From the NCBI GenBank assembly GCA_963662545.2, contig CAXXLL010000002.1, positions 896,001 to 960,000 of the forward strand: a stretch of 64,000 bases of DNA. Direction: 5' to 3'. Position numbers and translations under genes: made by a program. Below the pieces are notes generated by a model, which searched no databases, was not told the origin of the DNA, and saw only the letters and a program-made list of their open reading frames with translations. The stretch is from Gammaproteobacteria bacterium. GTDB lineage: Bacteria > Pseudomonadota > Gammaproteobacteria > Ga0077536. Numbering within the stretch: the stretch's first letter is position 1; each line of letters opens with the position of its first letter. Shown one piece after another: positions 19,465 through 29,981 of this stretch.

Positions 19465-21537
19465 TCAGGGATCCGTTTTACGAAGAACGAGCGTACCCCA
19501 CTCGTTCACCAGCCCGGCCCAACCGGGATTGACGACCGTGGTCGAATCGTACTGTTCGACGATGGCGGGTCCATTGATCTCGCTGCCGGCACCGAGTCCC
19601 GAGCGGTTGTACACGGGACATTTCAGCGTCCCGCCGCTCTGTGGGAAGAACACGTCCGTCTCTTGCTTTAGCGCCGCATCCGGGCGCGCGTCCGATCTTT
19701 CGAGCTCGGGGATCTGTGGGCGTTTCAGAAGGCCGAGCCCGGTGACGCCGACGTTGACCAGTTCGACGAGCTCAATTCCTTCGTAAGAATAGCCGTACAG
19801 ATCCCGGTGGCTGATATGAAAATCAGCGATCGATTGCTCCAGCGCTTCCCTCGGCAGGCTGCTGCCGCCCGTCCGGGCCAGGGGGATACGGATCTCGTAA
19901 GCCTGTCCGCCATAACGCATGTCGACGAAATGCCGCAACTCAATTCCCGCTCCTTCGAAACCTTCCTTGGTCAGGCGCTCTCTCACCTGAGATTCCAGCA
20001 CTTCGAGTTCGCCGGTGACCCGCTCCGGATCCAGCCGATCCTCACGTTGCACGTCGGTGTGGACGAGGTCGATGCGGACGTCGGTCAGGAGTAGGCCGTA
20101 TGCCGAAGTCACCCCGGGGCTAGGCGGAATAATGACGGTCTTCATGTCCAGCCAATCGGCGAGGTAACAGGCATGGAGCGGACCCGCGCCACCGAAGGCA
20201 ACGAGCGCATAATCGCGTGGGTCGCGGCCGCGCTTGACCGACACCGTGCGGATCCCGGCCGCCATATTTTCGATGGCGATGCGCAGGATGCCGTCGGCCG
20301 CCGCCGTCAAGGTGAGATCGAGTTCTTTGGCGATACTCGCGATCGCCTCTACCGCCTTGGCGCGGTTCAGTTGGATGCCGCCGCCCGCAAGTGACTCTGT
20401 GATGCGTCCGAGCACCAGGTTCGCATCGGTCACGGTCGGTTTGTCGCCGCCGCGGTCGTAGCACATCGGTCCGGGCTCGGCGCCGGCGCTGTCCGGCCCA
20501 ACCTTGAGGCTGCGCCCGCCCGCGAGCCATGCGATCGAACCACCGCCCGCGCCGATGGTGTGAATGTCGATCATCGCCGTTTTGACGTCGTAGATGTCCA
20601 CCCGGCCCTCGGTCAGCATGCGCGGTTCGCCGTCTTCGACCAGGCAGATGTCCGCCGAGGTGCCACCGACGTCGAAGCAGATGACATCCGGGTAACCACT
20701 CAGCTTGCCGAAGTGCGAAGCTGCGATAACGCCCGCCGCGGGACCCGAAAGCGCAGCGGCGATCGGCAGGCGCGAAATCTCTTCTGCCTGGGCCAGGCCG
20801 CCGCTCGATCGCATGATGTAGAACGGCACGTCGATATCCCGGCTTTTCAAATACTGTTCGAGCTTCTCATGATAGCTCGACAGGAGCGGCATCAGCGCGG
20901 TGTTCAGACAGGTCGTGTTGGTGCGTTCATACTCGCGATATTCACGGAGAATATCCGACGATATCGAGATGAAACATTCGGGATAGACTTCTTCGATGAT
21001 GCCGCGTATTTCCTGCTCTTGTACCGGATCGCGATAGGAATGCAGTAGCGACACGGCCACCGCGCTGATCCCGAGCGCCTTGAACTCTTGTGCTACACAG
21101 CGCACTTCGTCGGCGTCTACCGGTTGGTCGACGTGGCCCTCGACGTCGAGTCGCGCATTCACTTCGCGCACGAGTTCTAGTGGCACCACCCGTTCCGGTT
21201 TGATCCACCAGGTGATGTCGCCGAACTCACCCGGTACGGTTTGCCGCGCGACCTCCAGTGCTTCGCGGTACCCTTTGGTGATGATCAATCCGAGTTGAGA
21301 ATACTTGCGCTGCAGGATGGCGTTGGTGGCGACGGTCGTTCCGTGAAAGACGGCGGCGATGTCCGCCGGGGGAATACCCGCCTTTTCGGTGATGTGCTCG
21401 ATGCCGTTGATGAATCCGTTGGCGGGATCTTCTGGCGTGCTCGGTACCTTGGCGAGATGAAGCGTGCCGCTTGATTCCTCCAGCGCAACGATATCCGTGA
21501 AGGTGCCGCCGATGTCGACCGCAATGCGCCAACTCAT
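19465..21537 (-). CDS. Hydantoinase A/oxoprolinase family ATP-binding subunit (copy 1)
   Basis: 'VDIGGTFTD', 'HGTTVATNA', 'SGPAAGV', 'DVGGTSAD', 'IGAGGGSIA', 'FGGAGPLHA'. Confidence 0.93.
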   Translation of the reverse strand: MSWRIAVDIGGTFTDIVALEESSGTLHLAKVPSTPEDPANGFINGIEHITEKAGIPPADIAAVFHGTTVATNAILQRKYSQLGLIITKGYREALEVARQTVPGEFGDITWWIKPERVVPLELVREVNARLDVEGHVDQPVDADEVRCVAQEFKALGISAVAVSLLHSYRDPVQEQEIRGIIEEVYPECFISISSDILREYREYERTNTTCLNTALMPLLSSYHEKLEQYLKSRDIDVPFYIMRSSGGLAQAEEISRLPIAAALSGPAAGVIAASHFGKLSGYPDVICFDVGGTSADICLVEDGEPRMLTEGRVDIYDVKTAMIDIHTIGAGGGSIAWLAGGRSLKVGPDSAGAEPGPMCYDRGGDKPTVTDANLVLGRITESLAGGGIQLNRAKAVEAIASIAKELDLTLTAAADGILRIAIENMAAGIRTVSVKRGRDPRDYALVAFGGAGPLHACYLADWLDMKTVIIPPSPGVTSAYGLLLTDVRIDLVHTDVQREDRLDPERVTGELEVLESQVRERLTKEGFEGAGIELRHFVDMRYGGQAYEIRIPLARTGGSSLPREALEQSIADFHISHRDLYGYSYEGIELVELVNVGVTGLGLLKRPQIPELERSDARPDAALKQETDVFFPQSGGTLKCPVYNRSGLGAGSEINGPAIVEQYDSTTVVNPGWAGLVNEWGTLVLRKTDP

Positions 21538-21554
21538 CTATATCCCCTCCTGAC

Positions 21555-23594
21555 TTACCCGGGCCGCAGCATCATATTTCCGAACTCGTCGATTTCAGCG
21601 GTGAAATCGGGCGGTATGACGATCGTGGAATCGTATTGTTCAACGACTGCCGGCCCACGGATGGTATTGCCGGCTCCTAAACTGTCGCGGACGTACACCG
21701 GGCTGTCAATAAACGTCGGATGATCGAGATAGGCCACTTCGCGGTGGGCACGGGGTACAGGTTTTCGATCGGCCTTTGGGAGGCGGTTCAGGACGTCCGG
21801 CCTGGCGCGCTCGCCGATTGCCGTGGCGCGCAGATTGACGAGTTCCACCGTCTCCCGGCCCGCATAAGAATGACCGCTCAGCCGGTGAAACTGGTCGTGG
21901 AAGGCGTCGATCGCCTGCCGCAGCAAGGCTTCGGTAATCGGGCCGGGTGCGATTTCGACGGTGATCTCGTTCGACATGCCGGCGTAGCGCATATCGATGT
22001 GCCGCTGTACGCGCCGACGGATCTCCGGCACGCGTTCATCGGCCAGAAAGAGCAAGGCGGCGTCTTCGAGCGTAGCGAAGATCGCCTGCGCCCGCTCGAC
22101 ATCCAAGGCGTCTTCGTGCAGCCCGAAGGCCTGTACGAAATCGTCTTTGACGTCTGCCACCAGCAAGCCGAGCGCGGCGGCGAGTCCCGGCTGCGGCGGC
22201 ACCACGATCGTCCTCATGCCTAGCAGCACCGCGAGATCGGCTGCGTGCAGCGGTCCGGCGCCGCCCATCGCAAACAGCACATAGTCCTTGGGATCGTGGC
22301 CGCGCTGAACAGAGATCCGTCGGATCGCGCCGCACATGTTGTGGGTGGCGATCTCGAGAATGCCACGCGCGCAGCGCACGGCATCAAGGCCGCGACTTTG
22401 ACCGAATGACGCGAGCGCGGCGGCGGCGGCGTCCTTATTCAGCGGCAGGGAGCCGCCGAGCAGGGCCCCGGGAAGCCGTCCCAGTACGATCTGGGCGTCG
22501 GTGAGCGTAACGAGATCACCCCCGTGTCCGTAACACACCGGGCCGGGGTCCGCGCCCGCGCTCCCCGGCCCCACCCGCCAGCGCTCGTCGTTGCCCTGCG
22601 AAGCGATCGAGCCGCCGCCGGCGCCGATGGTAAGCACGTCGATCATCGGCGTCTTGAACGGAAATCCCGCGATCTCGCCGTAGGTCGTCAATGCGTACCG
22701 TCCGTGCTGCACCAGCGCCACGTCAGTCGAGGTACCGCCGATGTCGAGCGTAATGATATCTTCGTAGCCGATCCGGGCGCCGAGGCAGACCATGCCGACC
22801 ACCGCGGCGCTCGGTCCGGACAGGGCTGTCGTCAGCGGCTTTTTCATCGCGCGGCGCGCGCTCGCGAGTCCGCCTGAGGACTTCATGACCAGCAGCGGTG
22901 AACGCGCCAGCTCGCCCTCGTTCATGACGGATTCGATGTGGTCTTTCATCGCAGGCATCAGGCAGGCATTCAAACACGCGGCGAGGGTACGTTCGTATTC
23001 GCGGAGTTCAGGCAGCACCTCGGTTGACAGAACGACCTCGATGCGGGGCGCCGCGCGCGCAAAGACCGCCGCGACTTGTCGTTCCTGCGCAGGGTCGAGA
23101 TAGCTGTGCATCAGTGACACAACGACGATCGATATCGAGCGATCGCGGTACCATTCGGCAAGCGCTGCGACCTCCTGCTCGTCGACGGCCGCGCGCACCG
23201 AGCCGTCAGCGTTGAGCCGCGCCCCGATTTCGTTGACGAGTTCGAGTGAAACCAGCCGTTTTGCCAGCGGCTGCCGCGTCTCGTTCTCGTCACGCACCGG
23301 TAACGGCAGGCGGGCGGTTTCGAGAATTTCTCGAAACCCGCGGTTGACGATCAGCCCGATGGGCGGCAACGCGTGGGTGAGTAGTGAATTCAACGCGAGC
23401 GTCGTGCTGTAGAGGAGTTCTTGCGGCGCCCTGGAGGCGCTGCCTGCCGAGGCGATGGCGACCTCGACCGCGGACAGAAAGCATTGCGAGAGATCTCGGG
23501 GCCGCGTCGAGACCTTGTTTGTAGCGATCACGCCCCCGTCATCGACTGTAATGATGTCGGTGAAAGTACCGCCGATATCAATAGCGACCTTCAT
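21555..23594 (-). CDS. Hydantoinase A/oxoprolinase family ATP-binding subunit (copy 2, diverged)
   Basis: 'IDIGGTFTD', 'YSTTLALNS', 'SGPSAAV', 'DIGGTSTD', 'GGAGPLHA'. Confidence 0.92.
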   Translation of the reverse strand: MKVAIDIGGTFTDIITVDDGGVIATNKVSTRPRDLSQCFLSAVEVAIASAGSASRAPQELLYSTTLALNSLLTHALPPIGLIVNRGFREILETARLPLPVRDENETRQPLAKRLVSLELVNEIGARLNADGSVRAAVDEQEVAALAEWYRDRSISIVVVSLMHSYLDPAQERQVAAVFARAAPRIEVVLSTEVLPELREYERTLAACLNACLMPAMKDHIESVMNEGELARSPLLVMKSSGGLASARRAMKKPLTTALSGPSAAVVGMVCLGARIGYEDIITLDIGGTSTDVALVQHGRYALTTYGEIAGFPFKTPMIDVLTIGAGGGSIASQGNDERWRVGPGSAGADPGPVCYGHGGDLVTLTDAQIVLGRLPGALLGGSLPLNKDAAAAALASFGQSRGLDAVRCARGILEIATHNMCGAIRRISVQRGHDPKDYVLFAMGGAGPLHAADLAVLLGMRTIVVPPQPGLAAALGLLVADVKDDFVQAFGLHEDALDVERAQAIFATLEDAALLFLADERVPEIRRRVQRHIDMRYAGMSNEITVEIAPGPITEALLRQAIDAFHDQFHRLSGHSYAGRETVELVNLRATAIGERARPDVLNRLPKADRKPVPRAHREVAYLDHPTFIDSPVYVRDSLGAGNTIRGPAVVEQYDSTIVIPPDFTAEIDEFGNMMLRPG

Positions 23595-23603
23595 CGCCGA
23601 TAG

Positions 23604-23621
23604 GACTTATTCGGAGGTTTC
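23604..23621. repeat. Solitary MITE terminal repeat remnant
   Basis: GACTTATTCGGAGGTTTC resembles the TIR GACTTATTCAGAGGTTCC and abuts the TAA of the CMD gene. Confidence 0.6.
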
Positions 23622-24206
23622 TTATGTTTTGGCCTGCACTTGCATTTCGTCATGCGCGAATGAGAGGGGACACAGCTTGCCGACGCCTTCGAGTCCGACT
23701 GCGAACACCAAGCGTCCGTAGCCGATGAAGATCGCCATGCGCCACCCGAGCGCCATGATTTCAGGTTCGCTGAAATGCTCGCGCAATTCGTCGAACAAAT
23801 CATCGGAAACCTGCCGGTGATCCCGGGCCAGGGTATCGGCAAATCGCAGCGCCGCTTTCTCACGCGCCGAAAACAAGTCACTCTCGCGGTAATTTGGAAG
23901 CGCCTTAATCATCTCGTCAGTCAATCCTTGATGCCTCGCCGAGGCATACACGGCGCTCATTCAGAGATGACATTCATTGATCTGCGCGACCTTGTGGCGC
24001 ACGAGTTCGGTGAGCTTCACGCTGATGCCGTAGGCATCGGTCATGATGTGCGTGTAATAAAAGTCGACGAACGTCTTGTAGAGATCCGGCGTCTGGGCGA
24101 ACACCTGGATCCATTCCGATCCGCCGAGTGCTTCGTCGCTCTCCAGCATGGTTTTCTGCAGATCCGGGTCGACCTGCTCGAACGGTACTTTGTTGACGCG
24201 TAGCAT
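23622..24206 (-). CDS. Probable selenoprotein: AhpD/carboxymuconolactone decarboxylase family, CxxU (Sec TGA at 23961-23963, codon 82)
   Basis: ORFs 23961-24251 and 23622-23960 are in frame: ...KVAQINE-C-H-L-TGA-MSAVYASAR...FSAREKAALRFAD...LREHFSEPEIMAL; RBS GGAGG before ATG 24206; SECIS-like hairpin 23931-23947. Confidence 0.85.
23931..23947 (-). promoter_or_regulatory. Putative bacterial SECIS element
   Basis: 13 nt after UGA: stem AUGCCUC, loop GGC, stem GAGGCAU. Confidence 0.6.
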
Positions 24207-24407
24207 CCCTTGTCCTCCGTCTTTATCGGCCATGGTTCCCTTATATACCAAGCTGTCTGTGTTTTGAAGGTGATGACTCGATGCGCTGCTACTGTTGCGC
24301 CACCACGCGTAGAGGCACGGCTACGCGGCGCTCATTTCACAAGCCGCTCTCCCTGGCGCGCGTACGGGCGGTGTCGTATTCTGGTTTTCGAACGAATGGG
24401 GGGATGA

Positions 24408-26018
24408 ATGATGGCGGCACGCGCGGAACGACGCAGTTTTTGGACCTGGGGTTACGTTTCCGACGAGCCGAGCGACGAGGAACGCGCGGCCGCCGCGAAG
24501 CGGCTCGCCGGCCGCCTCGGTCAACTGGTCACGCCGCCCCGTATTCCCCCGATCGAAGAAATCGAACTCACGCCGCCAAGAATCGACATTCCGAGTCGAT
24601 TCGACGGCTGGATATCGACCGATCACGCGGACCGCGTGACACACACTTACGGGGGGCACCCGGTCGAACTGCTGACCGCGATGCGCGGTGAGTTCGTCAG
24701 CCCGCCGGACGTCGTCGCGCATCCTCGCAGTGAAGATGAACTCGAAGCCACGCTCGAATGGTGCGACGGCCAGGGCTATATCGCGATTCCCTATGGAGGC
24801 GGCACCTCGGTCGTATGGGGTGTGAACGTCCCCGATGGATCAGACGGGGCGGTGACCATTGATCTCGACAATTTGAACGCCGTGCTCGAAGTTGATGAAG
24901 TGTCCCGCGCCGGGCGGTTTGAGGCAGGCATTCTCGGCCCGGATCTCGAAGCGGCGTTGAAGCCGCGCGGGCTGACCCTGCGGCACTTTCCGCAAAGCTT
25001 TCCATGGTCGACCGTCGGCGGCTGGGTCGCGACCCGTTCGGGCGGACATTACGCCACTAATCACACGCACATCGACGATTTCGTCGAATCGACCCGCATG
25101 CTGTCCCCCGCCGGCTGGTTCGAGACGCGACGGCTGCCCGGCAGCGGCGCGGGGCCGAGCCCGGATCGCCTGGTAATTGGATCGGAAGGCATACTGGGGA
25201 TCATCAGTGAGTGCTGGCTGCGCTTGCAGAAACGTCCCCTGTTTCGCGCCACGGCCGGCGTCACGTTTGGCACCTGGGAAGCCGGAACGACCGCTATGCG
25301 GCATATCGTGCAGGCGAAACTGTGGCCGGCCAACCTGCGGATCCTGGATCCGGTCGAAGCCGGTAACAACGCGGGCCTGGACGGCATCCAGTCACTGATC
25401 ATCATCGGTTTCGAATCGGCGGATGTGCCTCAGGGTTCTTACGTCAGGGAGGCGGTCGCGATCGCGCGCGAATTCGGCGGCATCATCGACGACGAGGAGA
25501 TCCGGGTCGACGATGGCAAGGGCAACACGACGGGGCGCGAGGGCGCGGTCGGCGCCTGGCGGAATGCCTTCATCGGCGTCAATGCGGGATTGACCGCCGG
25601 GCTCGGCCTGCTCGCCGATACCTTCGAGACGGCAGTCACCTGGGATAAGTGGCCGGAATTCGACGCCGTCGTGCGGGAACGCGTGGGTCGGGTACTCAAG
25701 GAAACGCTCGGCGACAGCGCGATGCTGTCGTGCCGGTTCACGCACGTCTACCCTGACGGGCCGGCGCCTTACTATTCCTTCAGCGGGGTCGTGCCGATCG
25801 GCGGTGAGCAGGAAGTGTGGCGCACCATCAAGGATGAGGCCACCGCGACTTTGGTGGACGCGGGCGGCACGGTGACCCACCATCACGCCGTTGGACGCTT
25901 GCACGCAGAAGCTTGGGCGAGACAGCGACCGGCACTATTCGGCGAAACCTTACGCGCGGTCAAACGCACGCTCGACCCCAACGGGATATTGAATCCGGGT
26001 GTTTTGCTCGAACCTTGA
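24408..26018 (+). CDS. FAD-binding oxidoreductase (alkyl-DHAP synthase-like, VAO/PCMH family)
   Basis: 'PYGGGTSVV', 'HFPQSFPWSTVGGWVATRSGG', 'GSEGILGII', 'THHHAVG', 'LDPNGILNPG'. Confidence 0.9.
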   Translation: MMAARAERRSFWTWGYVSDEPSDEERAAAAKRLAGRLGQLVTPPRIPPIEEIELTPPRIDIPSRFDGWISTDHADRVTHTYGGHPVELLTAMRGEFVSPPDVVAHPRSEDELEATLEWCDGQGYIAIPYGGGTSVVWGVNVPDGSDGAVTIDLDNLNAVLEVDEVSRAGRFEAGILGPDLEAALKPRGLTLRHFPQSFPWSTVGGWVATRSGGHYATNHTHIDDFVESTRMLSPAGWFETRRLPGSGAGPSPDRLVIGSEGILGIISECWLRLQKRPLFRATAGVTFGTWEAGTTAMRHIVQAKLWPANLRILDPVEAGNNAGLDGIQSLIIIGFESADVPQGSYVREAVAIAREFGGIIDDEEIRVDDGKGNTTGREGAVGAWRNAFIGVNAGLTAGLGLLADTFETAVTWDKWPEFDAVVRERVGRVLKETLGDSAMLSCRFTHVYPDGPAPYYSFSGVVPIGGEQEVWRTIKDEATATLVDAGGTVTHHHAVGRLHAEAWARQRPALFGETLRAVKRTLDPNGILNPGVLLEP

Positions 26019-26028
26019 GAGGCCGTTG

Positions 26029-26325
26029 CTAAAAAGGCACGTAGCCTTCCAGAACGACAAACTCGGCTTCGGCCGCCCCGGCTCTGAGCGCTCGTGCGGC
26101 CGTATAATCGGGCGAGTCATAAAATTTCCGGGCCGTTTCGACCGAAGAAAATTCGACGACAATCCAGCGTGCGCTGGATTCGGGCCCTTCCAAGGTAACG
26201 ACGTCACCACCGCGAACGATGAAGCGTCCGCCGAACTTTTCGACGACCCCGGGACTGACAGCCGTATAACTGGAATACCGCTCCGGATCCGAGATTTCGA
26301 CGCGCGCAATCAAGTAGGCAGGCAT
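26029..26325 (-). CDS. DUF1330 family protein
   Basis: 'MPAYLIARVEISDPERY...FGGRFIVRGG..LEG...VVEFSSVETARKFYDSPDY'. Confidence 0.88.
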   Translation of the reverse strand: MPAYLIARVEISDPERYSSYTAVSPGVVEKFGGRFIVRGGDVVTLEGPESSARWIVVEFSSVETARKFYDSPDYTAARALRAGAAEAEFVVLEGYVPF

Positions 26326-26480
26326 GGTGTTCTCCGTCGTTTTTTTCAGCTTGTCACGCTTCCCCCGGTTCTTCCAGCAGATGCAGGTCGCTGGTGCGAG
26401 CAATTGTTCGGCGGCCGCCGAACTGGTCTGAACTTGCGATGATCCGGCCCATGCGCAGGTGGCTGCAAAAACGATAAGGC

Positions 26481-27392
26481 ATGGAACACGACCGAAGCCA
26501 AGCAATAGGCCTCATCTCAGCGCTCCTGGCCGGCGTGCTTTTCGGTACGGCGGTCGCCGTATCACGATACGCCTACGACGCAGGAGCCAGCGGAATCCTG
26601 GTGGCGGGATTCCGTTCGATCATCGTGGTGGTGGTGCTGGCTGCCGTCGTCAAGATCGCCGGCCATTCCTGGTCCTTGCCGCGAAGCCTGATCCCCCTTG
26701 TGATCTCGAACGGCATCCTCATGGCCGTGATGACCTACGGCAACATCGGCGCAGTCGAGTTCATCTCTGTCGGTCTCGCTTCGCTCCTTTTTTTTACTTT
26801 TCCGGTGATCATCGCGGTTCTGGTGATCATCCTCCGTATCGAACGGGTGAGTCTGGCGAAACTGTTCGCGATCGGTTTGGCGTTTGCCGGTATCGCCGCG
26901 ATGCTGGGCGCGTCTGTAGGCAACGTCGACTGGCGGGGGACGGCTTTTTCGCTGGTCGCGGCGCTGGCTACTGCGGTCAACGCGATCATGATCGCGCGGT
27001 ATTTCGCGCGCGTGAACATCCTGGTGGCCACACTGCACTTGAGCATCGTGGCATTGATTACCTTGGTCCTGATCGCGGCATTCGTCGCCGAAGTGCGTCT
27101 GCCATCAACCCCCGGCGGCTGGTGGGGCGTGATCGGTGTCGCGGTGTTTCAGGCCGCGGGAACACCCCTGTACATGGTTGCACTCGCCCGCATCGGCGCA
27201 CTCAAAGCCGGCATGGCCACGAATATTCAACCAGTGACGGCGATATTCGAGGCGTGGGTATTGTTCGGGGAGGTGCTGAGCGTGCTGCAGGCACTAGGAG
27301 GCGCCATGGTGCTGATCGGGATCGCGCTGATGCAGTGGATCGATCTTCGCGGGCGAACCTCGGTGATCACGAAAATCACGCCGCCGGATTAG
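26481..27392 (+). CDS. DMT/EamA family transporter
   Basis: ~300 aa, about 10 hydrophobic helices, two EamA repeats. Confidence 0.88.
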   Translation: MEHDRSQAIGLISALLAGVLFGTAVAVSRYAYDAGASGILVAGFRSIIVVVVLAAVVKIAGHSWSLPRSLIPLVISNGILMAVMTYGNIGAVEFISVGLASLLFFTFPVIIAVLVIILRIERVSLAKLFAIGLAFAGIAAMLGASVGNVDWRGTAFSLVAALATAVNAIMIARYFARVNILVATLHLSIVALITLVLIAAFVAEVRLPSTPGGWWGVIGVAVFQAAGTPLYMVALARIGALKAGMATNIQPVTAIFEAWVLFGEVLSVLQALGGAMVLIGIALMQWIDLRGRTSVITKITPPD

Positions 27393-27410
27393 CGGGCTAA
27401 GCGAAAATCT

Positions 27411-27462
27411 GGGGTCAGATCTTGCCTTTTGCTAACGCGGGCAAAACGAGACATCTGACCCC
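27411..27462. repeat. REP-like palindrome (GGGGTCAG...CTGACCCC type)
   Basis: GGGGTCAGAT...TTTTGC...GCAAAA...ATCTGACCCC. Confidence 0.65.
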
Positions 27463-27664
27463 GGTGAGCAACAGGTAAAATAGGCCGCCAAGCGAAAATC
27501 AGGCCTGACTTCCGAGGCAATCTCCCTCTTGTTCATGGGCTTACCCTGGTCCGACCCCTCCAGGCCCCCTCATGGCCTCCAGCACCCCTCATGGCGGTAA
27601 GATCGAAGTCGAGCCGCGCTCGAGGAGCCGGTCACGCTACCTATCGTTCGTGGAGTTTCACCTC

Positions 27665-28684
27665 ATGATTCCGTTCTCGGTGCTCGATCTCGCCCCAATT
27701 CTCGCGGGCAGCGATGCGGCGCAAGCCTTTCGCAACTCGGTGGACCTGGCGCAGTGTGCTGAACGCTGCGGCTATCAACGCTACTGGCTTGCCGAGCACC
27801 ACAATATGCCCGGTATCGCCAGTGCCGCGACGGCGGTGGTAATCGGCCACATCGCGGGGGTGACGAGCCAGATACGCGTTGGCGCGGGTGGCGTGATGCT
27901 CCCGAACCATTCGCCGCTGGTCATCGCCGAACAATTCGGCACCTTGGAATCGCTTTATCCGGGCCGTATCGATCTGGGTTTGGGCCGTGCGCCCGGCAGC
28001 GATATGCTGACCGCGCGGGCCATGCGCCGAGATGCGCCTGCGAGCGCCGATCGGTTTCCCCAGGACGTGCAGGAGCTGCAAGACTTGCTCGGACCGATAC
28101 GACCCAATCAACGAGTGAGGGCCGTGCCAGGCACGAATCTCAGGGTACCACTATGGATCCTCGGCTCGAGTCTCTTTGGCGCACAACTTGCCGCAGCCTT
28201 GGGGTTGCCATTCGCCTTTGCATCCCACTTCGCGCCGGAAGTGCTGTTAGAGGCACTCGATGTGTACCGCACCAATTTCCAACCCTCGTCCCAACTCGAG
28301 CGACCCTATACGATGGTCGGCGTCAATCTGTTTGCCGCGGCAACAGATGCCGAGGCCACCCGCCTATTCACCTCATTACAACAGCAATTCACCAATCTGT
28401 TTCGTGGCGCGCCGGGTCAGCTGCAACCCCCGCTCGATGATATAAATACATACTGGTCGCCGACGGAAAAAACCGGGGTCGACCGCGCACTCATTTATGC
28501 GATGGTAGGGTCGAAAGAAATGGTGCAGGAACGACTCAAGGACTTCATCGAAATGACGGCCCCAGATGAGGTCATGATCACGGCACAGATCTACGATCAC
28601 GCGGCGCGCCTGCGCTCGTTCGAGATCGCCGCCGAACTGCGCGACGAACTCATGGAAACGCACGTACCCAAATCGAAATTTTGA
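27665..28684 (+). CDS. Luciferase-like (LLM) flavin-dependent oxidoreductase, YhbW type
   Basis: 'FSVLDLAP', 'YWLAEHH', '[20 protein letters not shown]', '[12 protein letters not shown]'. Confidence 0.92.
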   Translation: MIPFSVLDLAPILAGSDAAQAFRNSVDLAQCAERCGYQRYWLAEHHNMPGIASAATAVVIGHIAGVTSQIRVGAGGVMLPNHSPLVIAEQFGTLESLYPGRIDLGLGRAPGSDMLTARAMRRDAPASADRFPQDVQELQDLLGPIRPNQRVRAVPGTNLRVPLWILGSSLFGAQLAAALGLPFAFASHFAPEVLLEALDVYRTNFQPSSQLERPYTMVGVNLFAAATDAEATRLFTSLQQQFTNLFRGAPGQLQPPLDDINTYWSPTEKTGVDRALIYAMVGSKEMVQERLKDFIEMTAPDEVMITAQIYDHAARLRSFEIAAELRDELMETHVPKSKF

Positions 28685-28787
28685 CACCCATGATCCACTC
28701 GCTATGCACGGCTGAATCTAACGAGTTTGGACGAAAGGCAAGACCAAAGGGACCAAAGGGGACAGATTCTGAAGGATCCCCACGAAC

Positions 28788-29981
28788 TTACGCATAACGC
28801 AACGGGATTGAAGTAATTTGATGTAAGGCGATAATCGATTGCTTGATGTCCGCCAGCATAAGCTTTACGGGTTGCCTGCGAAAACTTTGCAAGCCCAGAA
28901 AGACGGTGGAGAGTACCGGCCGATGCCGGGTTGTATTCGCTTGGTAATGGCGCTGCAGCCCGAAACGCTGCATCGCTTGGCCGACTAACCAAGCGACTAA
29001 TGTTGCCAACGTACCAATCAGGACGAGGATCGAGAGCCGCTCGGCGCTGTTGGAACGCGCGCTGCGGAAGTGCAGTCCCAAACGGGCATTTTTCATATCC
29101 CGGAAACTCTCCTCAATTTGCATGCGCAACTGATAACACCGCATCACCTGCTGGGCCGCGCGCGACCCCAGTGAGGTGACCAATATCCAGGGTTCGCGCT
29201 GGCGTCGTTCACAGCTAAGGCTGCGGCCACCACGGGCACGCGTGCCGCGGCAGGTCAGTTGTTGACGGCCACGCTTTTTCTTCTTCACCAGGTACAGGTC
29301 ACAGGCCAATGGATTCGATACCGTTAGTTCGACTGTCCCGATATGCCGCACACGTAAGTTGGCCATCGCATGCAACGTCCGGCACGGTTGCCAGCTTGCC
29401 TGGTTGTCCAGCCGGAAATGGGTGCGCCCGCGGACCCGACCGACCCAGTCCCAACCCATCGCTTCGACCTGTCTAAACCAAGTCGTCCGGAAGCCGGCAT
29501 CCGTGACTAAGAGCGGGCGACACCCCGGTGGTAAGATCTCTCGAAGACGGTCTAGAAACCGTTTCCTGACACCCCGGTTGTCATACGCCGACAAGGGATG
29601 TACTTCTTCGTAGAGCGTCAGTGAACGGCCTCCCACCGGAACCGCCGCACGCAACAACTGCCATGACCGATCTTCGCGCATATCCGACCAGTCCAGAATA
29701 ATTACCGGACGTGGTCCTTGTCCAAGCACCAGCCCCGCCATCGCCCCATAGAGTTCCGTTCGTTCTCCCCACAGATGACGGTTGCCAATTAACCGGTCGA
29801 CTCGCTTGATGTTGTGTTTGACTCGCGCCCCCGACACCATGGCGCGACCAAGACCCGCCAAGCTCATCTGACGACCTACCAGCAGCGCCTCAACGCTCGC
29901 CATCAATGCCGTTAGTCTTACCACGTGTATCTGCGGACAGGCTTGCGCCATCATTTTGTGCAACAATCTCAGTGCATGCAT
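28788..29981 (-). CDS. IS4 family DDE transposase (IS10 group)
   Basis: 'KHNIKRVDRLIGN', 'ILDWS', 'VTDAGF', YREK-type 'YQLRMQIEESFRDMK'. Confidence 0.95.
   Translation of the reverse strand: MHALRLLHKMMAQACPQIHVVRLTALMASVEALLVGRQMSLAGLGRAMVSGARVKHNIKRVDRLIGNRHLWGERTELYGAMAGLVLGQGPRPVIILDWSDMREDRSWQLLRAAVPVGGRSLTLYEEVHPLSAYDNRGVRKRFLDRLREILPPGCRPLLVTDAGFRTTWFRQVEAMGWDWVGRVRGRTHFRLDNQASWQPCRTLHAMANLRVRHIGTVELTVSNPLACDLYLVKKKKRGRQQLTCRGTRARGGRSLSCERRQREPWILVTSLGSRAAQQVMRCYQLRMQIEESFRDMKNARLGLHFRSARSNSAERLSILVLIGTLATLVAWLVGQAMQRFGLQRHYQANTTRHRPVLSTVFLGLQSFRRQPVKLMLADIKQSIIALHQITSIPLRYA

Noticed and set aside
26459-27400. 313-aa Arg-rich ORF
   Set aside because: Alternative frame over the EamA gene
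27559-27595. Imperfect tandem CTCCAG..CCCCTCATGGC x2, and GACCAAAGG x2 at 28742-28759
   Set aside because: Two-copy local duplications with no further support
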